Below are positions 1 through 7,975 of a stretch of DNA of 32,000 bases, in pieces. Both the position numbers and the translations under genes were made by a program. Location: positions 1,230,001 through 1,262,000 of the forward strand of contig JANQNC010000001.1 of the NCBI GenBank assembly GCA_028279745.1, written 5' to 3'. The notes under the pieces were generated by a model that was given only the letters and a program-made list of their open reading frames with translations, was not told the origin of the DNA and searched no databases. Numbering within the stretch: the first letter of the stretch is position 1; every line of letters starts with the position of its first letter. Source of the stretch: Candidatus Nanoarchaeia archaeon. Lineage in GTDB: Archaea; Nanobdellota; Nanobdellia; Woesearchaeales; JANQNC01.

Positions 1-195
1 ATCCGCTATCAAAAGTAAAACTTTGTCTTTTGTATTCTCTAGTGCAAAAGTTAAATATTGTGATATGTTTTCTTCATTTATTGAGAAGTCCCGTTCCATG
101 AAGAATCTATTTCCTAAACAAAGGGGGATAATAATGTTGTGTTTCTTTGCTTTGACGTTTTCTTTTGTAGTGTTAAAGTAGTTTTTTAGTTCCAT
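1..195 (-). CDS. N-terminal 65 codons of a gene running off the left edge; weak resemblance to the N-terminus of tRNA-dependent cyclodipeptide synthases (CDPS)
   Basis: Absent from the ORF track because no stop lies in the window. ATG at 195-193 (minus), open to base 1: MELKNYFNTTKENVKAKKHNIIIPLCLGNRFFMERDFSINEENISQYLTFALENTKDKVLLLIAD. The segment HNIIIPLCLGNRFF...ISQYLTFA...KVLLLIAD lines up, from memory, with the AlbC/YvmC pattern H.L.GIS..NS.F...WA....V.hLhA. Cys sits where CDPSs have the catalytic Ser. A TATA-like box lies 20 nt upstream and there is no SD. Confidence 0.35.
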   Translation of the reverse strand, partial: MELKNYFNTTKENVKAKKHNIIIPLCLGNRFFMERDFSINEENISQYLTFALENTKDKVLLLIAD

Positions 196-215
196 CTCGT
201 AATGATAACATCTAA

Positions 216-223
216 ATTTATAA
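216..223 (-). promoter_or_regulatory. TATA-like box for the CDPS-like gene
   Basis: Minus-strand TTATAAAT, 20 nt upstream of the ATG at 195. Confidence 0.5.
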
Positions 224-260
224 GAATCTTTTTCCTATATTTTGCCACAGAATAAAAAGA

Positions 261-268
261 TTTATATA
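261..268 (+). promoter_or_regulatory. TATA box for the Lrp/AsnC gene
   Basis: TTTATATA, 24 nt upstream of the ATG at 293, no SD. Confidence 0.6.
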
Positions 269-292
269 TTATATTTTATAATAGATTAAATT

Positions 293-1237
293 ATGTATGA
301 TTTAAAAGATAAAAAGATACTGGTGGAGCTGGATACGAACTGTAGACAGTCAAATACAAGCATTGCAAAAAAAGTATTGCTCTCAAAAGACGCGGTAGGA
401 TATAGGATAAAACAGTTTGAGAAAAAGAAGGTGGTTGAGGGGTATAGAACACTAATCGATGTAAAAAGACTTGGATACACTCAGTACCGAGTCCTTTTCC
501 AGCTAGTAAATGTTAACAAAGAAAAATTAGACAAACTAATACAAAGCCTAAAAGAAGAAAACATTGTCTGGGGAATAGCAATTAATGAAGGAGAATGGGA
601 TTTGGCATTCACTTGTTTAACAAAAACAGATATAGAATTCAATGATTTCTACGAAAATTTAATGTCTTCTCACAGAACTATAATAAAAAATAGAGTAATT
701 TCTCATATTCTAAAATATCATGAAGTAGGAAGGGGATATTTGGCTAATAAAAGGCAACAGGTGTTAAAACCTGCTATAAATTCTGAAACGGTTGAGATTG
801 ATCGGATAGATCATCAGATTTTACAACTATTATCTGAAAATGCTAGAATGAAACTTGTAGATATGTCAAAAAGATTTGGTTTAAGCAGTATGTTAATCCA
901 TCAAAGAATAAAAAAATTAGAGAAACAGAAGATTATAATTGGTTACAAAGCAAACATAAACGTTCTTAGGCTGGGAAGAGACTATTACGGAATAAAAATG
1001 AACTTAAACGATTACTCCGAGAAAGAACAAATACTAAACGAATTATACTCGCTAAAAGAAATGACTGCGGTTATTTACGCTCTTGGGGGTTATGATTTGG
1101 AGTTTGACCTAGAAGTGAAAGACACAAAAGAATTTCATGAAATAATTAACAACTTAAGAAATAAATTCTCCTCAATCAGAGAGATCAAATACATGCGAGC
1201 AATGGAATATTATAAACTGGCACACTTTCCTAAGTAA
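293..1237 (+). CDS. Lrp/AsnC-family transcription regulator, tandem-duplicated (two HTH plus two effector-domain halves in one 314-aa chain)
   Basis: The classic Lrp N-terminal pattern occurs twice: LKDKKILVELDTNCRQSNTSIAKKVLLSKDAVGYRIKQFEKKKVVEGYRTLIDVKRLG, and IDRIDHQILQLLSENARMKLVDMSKRFGLSSMLIHQRIKKLEKQKIIIGYKANINVLRLG. Each is followed by a ~80-aa alpha/beta half. TATA box at 261-268, ATG at 293, no SD. Confidence 0.85.
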   Translation: MYDLKDKKILVELDTNCRQSNTSIAKKVLLSKDAVGYRIKQFEKKKVVEGYRTLIDVKRLGYTQYRVLFQLVNVNKEKLDKLIQSLKEENIVWGIAINEGEWDLAFTCLTKTDIEFNDFYENLMSSHRTIIKNRVISHILKYHEVGRGYLANKRQQVLKPAINSETVEIDRIDHQILQLLSENARMKLVDMSKRFGLSSMLIHQRIKKLEKQKIIIGYKANINVLRLGRDYYGIKMNLNDYSEKEQILNELYSLKEMTAVIYALGGYDLEFDLEVKDTKEFHEIINNLRNKFSSIREIKYMRAMEYYKLAHFPK

Positions 1238-1251
1238 CTAATTCCCAAATA

Positions 1252-1260
1252 TTTTTAAAT
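1252..1260 (+). promoter_or_regulatory. TATA-like box for the radical SAM gene
   Basis: TTTTTAAAT, 21 nt upstream of the ATG at 1282, no SD. Confidence 0.5.
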
Positions 1261-1281
1261 CATGATTGACTTATTCTAATT

Positions 1282-2391
1282 ATGTATGCTGATCAGATAA
1301 ACATATCATCAAAGTATCTAAATCATATAATGATGGGGCTATCCTTAACATCAGAGAAGTCTGCTACTTTAGTAGGTAATAAGATCCCAGACTTTATTGC
1401 GGGTATGGGTAAAAGAGGAGAGTTCAGGCAAAAACATGGGTTTGTTCCTACACTGATCATGTTTTCTCCAACAAATTGGTGTAATCTAAACTGTATTAAG
1501 TGTTATCCTGAAAGTTCAAAAGAAGAAAGCAAGATACTTCAATATTCAACAATAGACCAAGCGATACAAGAAGGAAAAGAAAAATGGGCAATGCCTTACT
1601 TCTCAATAAGTGGAGGCGAGCCAATAGATCATGCAATCGATATTGCAGAAAGACATCCTCAGGAACTCTTTCAAGTTTACACAAATGGGACATTAATAAC
1701 TAACGAAAAAGCAGAAAAAATTGCACAACTTGGAAACTTATTTCCGTTAATAAGCACTGAAGGAACAAAAGAAGAAACAGATAGAATAAGAGGAAGAGGA
1801 GTTTATGATAAAATAACAAGTGCAATGGATACCTTAACTGAACACAGTGTTGTTTGGGGAGTATCATTTACACTAACTTCAAGAAATGCAGATGTTTACG
1901 AAACAAACTTCTTATACGATATTATAGATAGGGGTGCAATGTTAGGAAGATTCCTAACATATATGCCAACGGGAAGAAACTCTGACTTTAGTAAAGTGCC
2001 TTCAAAAGAACAAAGGAAAAAACAAGGGGAAGCATTAAGAGCGTTAGAAAAAGAGAAGAGATTCTTTTTGCCAATAGACTACTTGAACAATCCAGGGTTA
2101 GTTGAAGGGTGTGGGGCGGCAGGATTAAGGTATGTAAATATAGACCCTGCGGGAGATGTTTATCCTTGTGTATTTATTGACAAACCTGCACAGTATAATC
2201 TAACAAAAGCATACGAAGGAGAATACTTAGAAGTTAATAATTTAGAAGATATCTTAGTAAAGGATACAGTTATGAACCTTACTCGAAGTGTTGCCAGAAA
2301 AAGAGATAGTTCTGAATGTTGTTTAGTAATTGATAAACCTGAAGAGTTGAAAGAAGCTTATGGGATGCATAGTGTTGAACAATGGGAGTAG
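1282..2391 (+). CDS. radical SAM protein with C-terminal SPASM/twitch-like Cys motif
   Basis: CxxxCxxC cluster motif in FSPTNWCNLNCIKCY. Also SISGGEP and a downstream TEG..EETD.IRG.G segment. The C-terminal Cys-rich region EGCGAAGLRYVNIDPAGDVYPCVF...SSECC is typical of auxiliary-cluster domains. TATA-like box at 1252-1260. Confidence 0.85.
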   Translation: MYADQINISSKYLNHIMMGLSLTSEKSATLVGNKIPDFIAGMGKRGEFRQKHGFVPTLIMFSPTNWCNLNCIKCYPESSKEESKILQYSTIDQAIQEGKEKWAMPYFSISGGEPIDHAIDIAERHPQELFQVYTNGTLITNEKAEKIAQLGNLFPLISTEGTKEETDRIRGRGVYDKITSAMDTLTEHSVVWGVSFTLTSRNADVYETNFLYDIIDRGAMLGRFLTYMPTGRNSDFSKVPSKEQRKKQGEALRALEKEKRFFLPIDYLNNPGLVEGCGAAGLRYVNIDPAGDVYPCVFIDKPAQYNLTKAYEGEYLEVNNLEDILVKDTVMNLTRSVARKRDSSECCLVIDKPEELKEAYGMHSVEQWE

Positions 2392-3173
2392 AAACAACCT
2401 GTCTAAAAGAAGCAGCACATCTAGCAAAAAGGGATATGAAATATTGGATTGTTGTGGGGCATCTTTATCTATCTGGTCTGTTTAAGCCTAAACAAGCCAA
2501 AACTGTGAGATCAGCATACTTTTTCTGCAGACATATTGATGATGTGTTAGATGGAGATAGAACAATATCAGAAGATCCAGAAGATTATGCTTACGCAATA
2601 CTCGACTCAATAGAACGTGGAGGTAATAAGCCTAAAATTATGGAGCTTTACAATTATGCTATAAAAAATATTGAGCCAAGAAACGGAGATAAACCTAAAG
2701 AAGATTTCAAAGAAGTGATAAACGTTATGATTTTTGACTATTGCAGATCAAAATTTGGGGCGGTGTTTAGTAGTGAAGAATTAGATGATTATTTCAATAA
2801 AACATTTGAGCATGTTCTGAATTTATCATTTATGATATCTGGATCAAACCTAAGAGGGAAAGATATTCCTGAGATTGTATCCAGTATGGGTCATATATAC
2901 TCTATAAGAGATATGGAGACAGACATATCAAGAAAAATTATCAATATACCCTCTGAAGAATTACAAATGGCAGGGATTAATGGAGATATAAGTTATGAAA
3001 AGATAAGAAACAACCGTTATCTTTTAGACTGGATAGATAATGAGATCTTATTGGGTCTTGATAGCTTGGATGTCTGCAGACAAAAATTAGACAATGCAGA
3101 CAAAGCAAGCAGAAAAGTCTGTTTGCCTTTGGTTGGAGCGATGGAGAGATATTGTAAGAAATATCTTAACTAA
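2382..3173 (+). CDS. squalene/phytoene synthase-family (head-to-head prenyl-diphosphate synthase fold) protein, short form (263 aa)
   Basis: First Asp-rich motif SAYFFCRHIDDVLDGD. Second motif region MGHIYSIRDMETDISRKIINIPSEEL, compared from memory with the family pattern NI.RD..ED...GR.Y.P.E.L. The start overlaps the radical SAM stop by 10 nt (ATGGGAGTAG), indicating translational coupling. Confidence 0.7.
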   Translation: MGVETTCLKEAAHLAKRDMKYWIVVGHLYLSGLFKPKQAKTVRSAYFFCRHIDDVLDGDRTISEDPEDYAYAILDSIERGGNKPKIMELYNYAIKNIEPRNGDKPKEDFKEVINVMIFDYCRSKFGAVFSSEELDDYFNKTFEHVLNLSFMISGSNLRGKDIPEIVSSMGHIYSIRDMETDISRKIINIPSEELQMAGINGDISYEKIRNNRYLLDWIDNEILLGLDSLDVCRQKLDNADKASRKVCLPLVGAMERYCKKYLN

Positions 3174-3373
3174 TCTTGATCACTCAACAAAAACTCAATC
3201 TCAAGTTCTTCTAACTGTTCGATTAATCTTTTATGTTCTGGGATCTGTCTTGAGAAAAGAAGATTCTTGCCGCAAGGACAAAGGTCGTCAACAGGTCTTA
3301 TAGTTGGGAGACCTTTTTGTTGTTCAATATAACAGTAGAACCCACAAGACAAGCATTGGAAATAAAACTTCAT
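3170..3373 (-). CDS. small zinc-ribbon protein (67 aa)
   Basis: Cys pairs CLSC(GFYC) and CPCG about 25 residues apart, with an acidic C-terminal tail. A palindrome-containing promoter region lies directly upstream (3381-3400). Preferred over the overlapping plus-strand ORF 3094-3303. Confidence 0.5.
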   Translation of the reverse strand: MKFYFQCLSCGFYCYIEQQKGLPTIRPVDDLCPCGKNLLFSRQIPEHKRLIEQLEELEIEFLLSDQD

Positions 3374-3380
3374 AATATGT

Positions 3381-3400
3381 TTAAGATATAATTATCTTAA
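3381..3400. promoter_or_regulatory. 8-bp-arm inverted repeat over the zinc-ribbon gene promoter
   Basis: ttaagata-taat-tatcttaa lies 8-27 nt upstream of the ATG at 3373. It overlaps the only TATA-like sequence available for that gene. Confidence 0.45.
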
Positions 3401-3405
3401 ATAGC

Positions 3406-3615
3406 TTATTCGGAGTGATGTCTTGTGTCCAGTGCTTTACTCAGCTCATCTAAAGATACATCGGCAAGAAGAACCATGATTGCATTATCTCTATCTTCTA
3501 TTAAAGTGTGGTCTGGATAGCTGTATTGTTTCTTATCGAGAAAATTACGAAAAAACTTGATGAACTCATCATCTGACAAAAGTTCAAGCTTTTTTGTTAA
3601 TAATTCTTTATTCAT
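3406..3615 (-). CDS. hypothetical protein (69 aa)
   Basis: ATG ORF overlapping the preceding gene by 8 nt in a co-directional operon. No family recognised. Confidence 0.45.
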   Translation of the reverse strand: MNKELLTKKLELLSDDEFIKFFRNFLDKKQYSYPDHTLIEDRDNAIMVLLADVSLDELSKALDTRHHSE

Positions 3616-3799
3616 CTTTTATTCTGATCAGTTCTTCTTTGTCAAGGTAGATGTCAATCTTTTTCCAGTTTAGTTTATTTTCATGCTGTTTTTCATCAGC
3701 ATGAGTGATCTCTGCAGATACCTTAACAGTTTCAGAGCCTTCAACTTTCTTGATCTTTGCCAAAACAAACTTTTCTTTTTCGTCTATATGGATTTCCAT
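3608..3799 (-). CDS. hypothetical protein (63 aa from ATG)
   Basis: The track start at 3814 is TTG. An ATG at 3799 lies 1 nt after the TGA of the upstream gene (TGAgATG). No family recognised. Confidence 0.45.
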   Translation of the reverse strand: MEIHIDEKEKFVLAKIKKVEGSETVKVSAEITHADEKQHENKLNWKKIDIYLDKEELIRIKDE

Positions 3800-3800
3800 C

Positions 3801-4472
3801 TCACTTAACTCCAATCAAACTACCAATGAAATAATCAAGGTCTTGGGCTGCGTTTAGGTCTTTTCTGTTTTGATGTCCAAAATATAACAGACGTGCAAGA
3901 GGTTCTGTACTTAGATCATCTTTAAACAAAATTTTAATAGGGCAGTTACATTTTTTTAGGTATAGTTCAGCTCTCTTTTCTCCACCTAAAAAAGGTATTG
4001 TCTGTGGATGTTCTATGGCCTCTTCGGTGCAGATGAGACCAGATCTTGAATTCATAAGTTTATCATGATCTACTACGAAAACATCACGATTATTTTCTAC
4101 ATCTAGTAAGTTATAGAACTCAGCTAAAGGAAATACGCTTGCACCATTAACTAAACCTAAGTTTTTGGACAGTCTTATGTTTCCGGGATTTCTAAAGTAG
4201 TTAGGTATGTGAGCATAAACATCAACAGGATTTCCTTGTTTTGATATTCCTGTAACTTTAACGCTTGCAGTAAAAAATGCTTTTTCCCAGATTTCAGAAT
4301 TTTTATCGGCTAAAGTTCTTGCATAAGCTGCATCGGGAGCAAACATTGGAAGATAGTTTTGTTCTAAACATTCACCTAAGACAGCATCAACTGACAGCTC
4401 AGCACCATCCATATGCTTTGTACAACAACCATCATAATCACCAATTCCTGAAAATACTTTTATACTTACCAT
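3801..4472 (-). CDS. hypothetical protein (223 aa)
   Basis: Long ORF with SD-like GGGGGA 7 nt upstream of the ATG and a TATA box at 4521-4528. No family recognised. Confidence 0.6.
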   Translation of the reverse strand: MVSIKVFSGIGDYDGCCTKHMDGAELSVDAVLGECLEQNYLPMFAPDAAYARTLADKNSEIWEKAFFTASVKVTGISKQGNPVDVYAHIPNYFRNPGNIRLSKNLGLVNGASVFPLAEFYNLLDVENNRDVFVVDHDKLMNSRSGLICTEEAIEHPQTIPFLGGEKRAELYLKKCNCPIKILFKDDLSTEPLARLLYFGHQNRKDLNAAQDLDYFIGSLIGVK

Positions 4473-4520
4473 TTTTTAATCCCCCATAACTATTATTTTG
4501 AGTTAGAAATGTATAATTTG

Positions 4521-4528
4521 TATATAAA
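4521..4528 (-). promoter_or_regulatory. TATA box for the 4472->3406 operon
   Basis: Minus-strand TTTATATA, 48 nt upstream of the ATG at 4472. The short leader carries GGGGGA. Confidence 0.5.
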
Positions 4529-4561
4529 CGTTAAGAGTTTGTTTTTAAAGAGGCCCGAGTA

Positions 4562-5194
4562 TCATATTGAGTACGTAGCGTGGGTTTTAGCAGTCTCAAT
4601 AAAAGATTTCATCTTATCATGAGATTTTTCCCCTTTGTGCTTTTCAACACCTGAGCTTACATCAACACCGTAAGGTTTTACAGAAATGATCGCTTCAGCA
4701 ACATTATTGGGGTTTAATCCACCGGCTAAAAAGATATTCTTACTGTACTCTTTAGCTTTCTTTGCCAAATCCCAATCGAAAGTCTTGCCAGTGCCTCCCA
4801 TCTTGCCTTCAACATGAGCATCTAAAACAAAAGCATCAACTGAACTATAATTTGGTATTACAGAAAGGCTTTGTTCATCCTTAACTCGGATAGCTTTCCA
4901 AACTTCCAAATGTGAAAAGTTGTTGCAGTATTCAGGAGATTCATTACCGTGGAATTGAAGAACGTCTAACCCTGCCATTTCCGAGATTGTTCTGACTATG
5001 CTAACATCTTCATTTACGAATAAACCAACCTTTTTCGGTCTTCTTACATTATGGCTTATTCCATTTGCCATAGAAGGAGTTATGAATCTAGGACTCCTAT
5101 TGTAAAATACAAAACCAAGATAATCTGCACCTAATTTAGCCGCATCTTGTCCATCTTTAATGTTTGTGATGCCGCATACTTTTACTTGAGTCAT
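4562..5194 (-). CDS. trpF: phosphoribosylanthranilate isomerase
   Basis: From MTQVKVCGITN: ..DAAKLGADYLGFVF...SPRFI.., LQFHGNE, DAFVLDA...GGTGKTFDW, FLAGGLNPNNV, GVDVSSGVE. The start is trimmed from the track value (5302) to the ATG at 5194. That ATG lies 22 nt downstream of a TATA box (5217-5224), and the family begins there. Confidence 0.85.
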   Translation of the reverse strand: MTQVKVCGITNIKDGQDAAKLGADYLGFVFYNRSPRFITPSMANGISHNVRRPKKVGLFVNEDVSIVRTISEMAGLDVLQFHGNESPEYCNNFSHLEVWKAIRVKDEQSLSVIPNYSSVDAFVLDAHVEGKMGGTGKTFDWDLAKKAKEYSKNIFLAGGLNPNNVAEAIISVKPYGVDVSSGVEKHKGEKSHDKMKSFIETAKTHATYSI

Positions 5195-5216
5195 ATAATT
5201 AGGAATAAACATGTTG

Positions 5217-5224
5217 TATATAAG
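5217..5224 (-). promoter_or_regulatory. TATA box for trpF
   Basis: Minus-strand CTTATATA, 22 nt upstream of the ATG at 5194. Confidence 0.55.
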
Positions 5225-5238
5225 TCTTGTTTGAAAAC

Positions 5239-5247
5239 TTTTAAATA
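5239..5247 (+). promoter_or_regulatory. TATA-like box for the 5271 gene
   Basis: TTTTAAATA, 23 nt upstream of the ATG at 5271. Confidence 0.45.
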
Positions 5248-5270
5248 CTTCTTTATAACTGTTGAGGTAG

Positions 5271-5567
5271 ATGTTACAAAATATAAAAGAGTTATTGTAC
5301 ACTTACTTTCCTAGTTTAAAACCTAAAACGAAAGTAAAACCGAAACATCAAGAGATATATTCAAAACTAGAATCATTTGTGTGGCACCCACCTTTAGAAG
5401 AGAATAGTATTGTTAAGTATCTTAGGAACAAAGGGTTTGTGAAGCAGAGTGCTGTTGCGGTGGGAGCAAGTCATAACACATTTCAATATTTCACGTTGAG
5501 TGATAAAGGAAGAGATATGAGAAATTATCTGCAAAGGCTTTATGGTGGATTGAATCCTACGGGTTAA
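5271..5567 (+). CDS. small protein (98 aa), possibly winged-helix DNA-binding
   Basis: The ATG lies 23 nt downstream of TTTTAAATA (5239-5247), divergent from trpF. The C-terminal half IVKYLRNKGFVKQS...YFTLSDKGRDM resembles a recognition helix plus wing. The match is weak. Confidence 0.4.
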   Translation: MLQNIKELLYTYFPSLKPKTKVKPKHQEIYSKLESFVWHPPLEENSIVKYLRNKGFVKQSAVAVGASHNTFQYFTLSDKGRDMRNYLQRLYGGLNPTG

Positions 5568-5568
5568 C

Positions 5569-5577
5569 TTTTATATA
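5569..5577 (+). promoter_or_regulatory. TATA box for the membrane protein gene
   Basis: TTTTATATA, 22 nt upstream of the ATG at 5600. Confidence 0.55.
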
Positions 5578-5599
5578 TTAGATATCATTCCCTATCCTC

Positions 5600-6022
5600 A
5601 TGAATAAGGTCATTAAAAGGTTGATATTGGGTGTTTTAGTACTTTATGTAATCTTGATAAGTATACTGGGTGTTGATTCATCAAAAACATTCTTAGAAAA
5701 CTTTTTGTTTGTTATCAGCTTAATACTGATAGTGGGAATTTTTGTCTGGATAGCATCAATAATAATCAATGTTGTAGATAAAATCAGAGAAAAACATCCT
5801 GAACTTTACAAAAAGATAGGAAGGCCTCACCCACTTGCATTAAATCCTGCAAGAGCTTTTTCAATGTGGGTTCTTGGCTTAAGGTTGATTTTTGAGCCTG
5901 ATTATTTCCCAAAAGATCTGCAGAAATCATTTAAGACATATAGAGTTATGCTTATTGTTTCTCATCTAGTGTGGATTGTATCAATAATGCTATTGGTTCT
6001 AGCAACGGTAATCTTAAACTAA
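5600..6022 (+). CDS. integral membrane protein (140 aa, about 4 TM segments)
   Basis: Hydrophobic stretches LILGVLVLYVILISILGV, FLFVISLILIVGIFVWIASIIINV, MWVLGLRLIF and VMLIVSHLVWIVSIMLLVLATVIL. TATA box at 5569-5577, 22 nt before the ATG. Confidence 0.6.
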   Translation: MNKVIKRLILGVLVLYVILISILGVDSSKTFLENFLFVISLILIVGIFVWIASIIINVVDKIREKHPELYKKIGRPHPLALNPARAFSMWVLGLRLIFEPDYFPKDLQKSFKTYRVMLIVSHLVWIVSIMLLVLATVILN

Positions 6023-6471
6023 AGAGAAACAAAAGTCTTGATGGCTTTGATTATCTCTTCATCGTTTTTGTAAGGCATTGTGAGAATCCCATTTATCTCT
6101 TGTTGGCTTGCTTCTGCTAAAGTGTACAAGAAAGGATTTGTAACTTTTATACTCTCTTTAAGCAAGTTTGAATATCTTTCACTAAACGCTTTAGAATCAT
6201 TAACGAAAACAGTTAACTTATCCAGTTCAGGAAACTGTTCACTTTCTGCAACAGAAAGGATTTCTTCAATATAAAAATCGTTGTTTATTGTTTTAAGGGT
6301 GTTTTTTCTGTAGATAGAAACTATTTCACCCCTTTCAGCGCCAGCGTCATAATCAATCTTGAAAGCCTCATTTTCTCCCTCATATCTTCTTGGACTTTGA
6401 ACTGGAGGAACTTCTTTAAGGAAAATTCCTGTAAACTCTGCAGCTTGAAATGCTAGTTTTGTTAGGTTCAT
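6019..6471 (-). CDS. hypothetical protein (150 aa)
   Basis: ATGA-type 4-nt overlap with the upstream gene. It is the last gene of the 8287->6019 operon. No family recognised. Confidence 0.55.
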   Translation of the reverse strand: MNLTKLAFQAAEFTGIFLKEVPPVQSPRRYEGENEAFKIDYDAGAERGEIVSIYRKNTLKTINNDFYIEEILSVAESEQFPELDKLTVFVNDSKAFSERYSNLLKESIKVTNPFLYTLAEASQQEINGILTMPYKNDEEIIKAIKTFVSL

Positions 6472-7235
6472 CTTCTCGTTAATTCTTGATAGATATCGCT
6501 TATTGTAAGTGGGTTTACCACCCAGTTTCTTAGGTTTATTTTCTTTTCTAGTTTTCCGTCTGAGTGTTGTACGTATCCTAAAGGTTTGAACCTTGGATCA
6601 TTTTTTGATGTTAATGAGTTATCGTTCTCAAGTATCGCTTCTTTTATTTCCCACTGTGGATCAAGTTGTTCTATGTTTATCAGATAAGACATAGGGTTCA
6701 TTGTTCTATCTGATCCATCAATCAAGTTATTTGCAGTTTCGTAGTTGCTCCATGAATCTCCTTGTTTTACCTGTAACCAGGCATGCGGTCCTTTATTTTT
6801 ACCATCATCTTTAATTCCGTAAGCAACTCTTACATTTTTTAATAGATCTGGTCGGTTTTCTTTTTCTGCTATGTGCCTAAAGTTAGTAAATGTGTAAATC
6901 GAAAAGAATAAGCAGTCAGCTTCTCCTTCTTTTGCCAGATTAGCTTTACGTTGAGTACTAAATGGAATCTCTTTCACTTCTAAAAACTTAGAAGTTATGG
7001 CGTGGGCGGTTTTTAGGTAAGTTAATGCAAGATCCTTTTCTTTTGTGTCTTTGAAGTCTAGTTGCCCCAATATTTTGTCGGTGTTTGTTGTCTTTACTAT
7101 CTCTTCTTTTTCAGTATTTACTGTTTGAATCAACTTGTTAGTCGCAAGGTAAAGCAGGGGAGTTGGAGAATAATTTAGAATAAAACCTAAACCTAAAATT
7201 CCTATTCCAATTTTTATCTTATTTTTTAATTTCAT
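6468..7235 (-). CDS. membrane-anchored transglutaminase-like (papain-fold) protein
   Basis: N-terminal anchor KIKIGIGILGLGFILNY. Core-like pattern EADCLFFSIYTF...GPHAWLQVKQGDSWSNYETA (Cys ... HAW.xV ... acidic). SD AGGTGA. 4-nt overlap with the methyltransferase gene. Confidence 0.6.
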   Translation of the reverse strand: MKLKNKIKIGIGILGLGFILNYSPTPLLYLATNKLIQTVNTEKEEIVKTTNTDKILGQLDFKDTKEKDLALTYLKTAHAITSKFLEVKEIPFSTQRKANLAKEGEADCLFFSIYTFTNFRHIAEKENRPDLLKNVRVAYGIKDDGKNKGPHAWLQVKQGDSWSNYETANNLIDGSDRTMNPMSYLINIEQLDPQWEIKEAILENDNSLTSKNDPRFKPLGYVQHSDGKLEKKINLRNWVVNPLTISDIYQELTRR

Positions 7236-7972
7236 TTCTTCACCTTTGCTGTCAGTAAATTATATCTGTAAGGTACTGTAATTTTATCTGGTTGAGTGTC
7301 TAACAGATTGTTTAACTTAGTCATGAAGTTATCTCTATACTCTTCAGGCATGTTAATAACCCAAGACATAGTAGAAACAAGATTAGCATAATCCTCTTTA
7401 CTGAATTCTAATTCAGAACGGTAAACTTTTTTATCTACTTTATTGAATTGGTCACTGTTTTCGATATCATCTTGGATAAAACCTAATGATCTTTTTTTGC
7501 TGAAGTCAGGACAGTTTCTGAAAAACAATTTTTTAACATTACTCAAAAGCTCAGTCTTTTCATACTCTTGAGCTTTCCAAAGAACAGCAAGATAGCCATC
7601 ATTTTTTAACAATTTGTTTGCTTTTTTGTATGCTACTTTGGGATCAACCCAGTGCCAAGCCTGAGCAGAAGTTATAACATCAAAACTATTTTCTGAAAGA
7701 AGAGTATCTTCAAAAGAACTCTTTATGTAAGCAACATTGTATAAATGGGACGTGTTTTGTTTTGCTATGTCGATCAAATCTTGACTTATATCTAAGCCTA
7801 TGATGTCGCATCCTTTTTCAGCAAGCGCTTTTGTTGCTTTGCCTGTGCCGCAACCGACTTCTAAAAAAGTAGTTCCAAGCTTTGCTACATCTTCAATGAC
7901 TTCATTAACATAGCCAGTCCTAGCGGAATCGTAAAGTTTTCCAATAGTCCCGAATGTTCTTTTTAGGTCCAT
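7232..7972 (-). CDS. class I SAM-dependent methyltransferase
   Basis: Motif I FLEVGCGTGKATKALAEKGCDIIGLDIS. Also FDVITSAQAWHWV and LLKNDGYLAVLW, as in the Methyltransf_11/25 families. Confidence 0.85.
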   Translation of the reverse strand: MDLKRTFGTIGKLYDSARTGYVNEVIEDVAKLGTTFLEVGCGTGKATKALAEKGCDIIGLDISQDLIDIAKQNTSHLYNVAYIKSSFEDTLLSENSFDVITSAQAWHWVDPKVAYKKANKLLKNDGYLAVLWKAQEYEKTELLSNVKKLFFRNCPDFSKKRSLGFIQDDIENSDQFNKVDKKVYRSELEFSKEDYANLVSTMSWVINMPEEYRDNFMTKLNNLLDTQPDKITVPYRYNLLTAKVKK

Positions 7973-7975
7973 TAT

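Noticed and set aside
3094-3303. 69-aa plus-strand ORF overlapping the end of the phytoene-synthase-like gene
   Set aside because: It starts inside the upstream gene in another frame with no SD. The opposite-strand zinc-ribbon ORF (3170-3373) has Cys-pair motifs and a promoter.
5195-5302. 36-codon N-terminal extension of trpF (MYNNSFIFCNIYLNSY...)
   Set aside because: The sequence is low-complexity and AT-driven, and it overlaps the divergent promoter region and the start of the 5271 gene. PRAI homology starts at MTQVKVCGIT.
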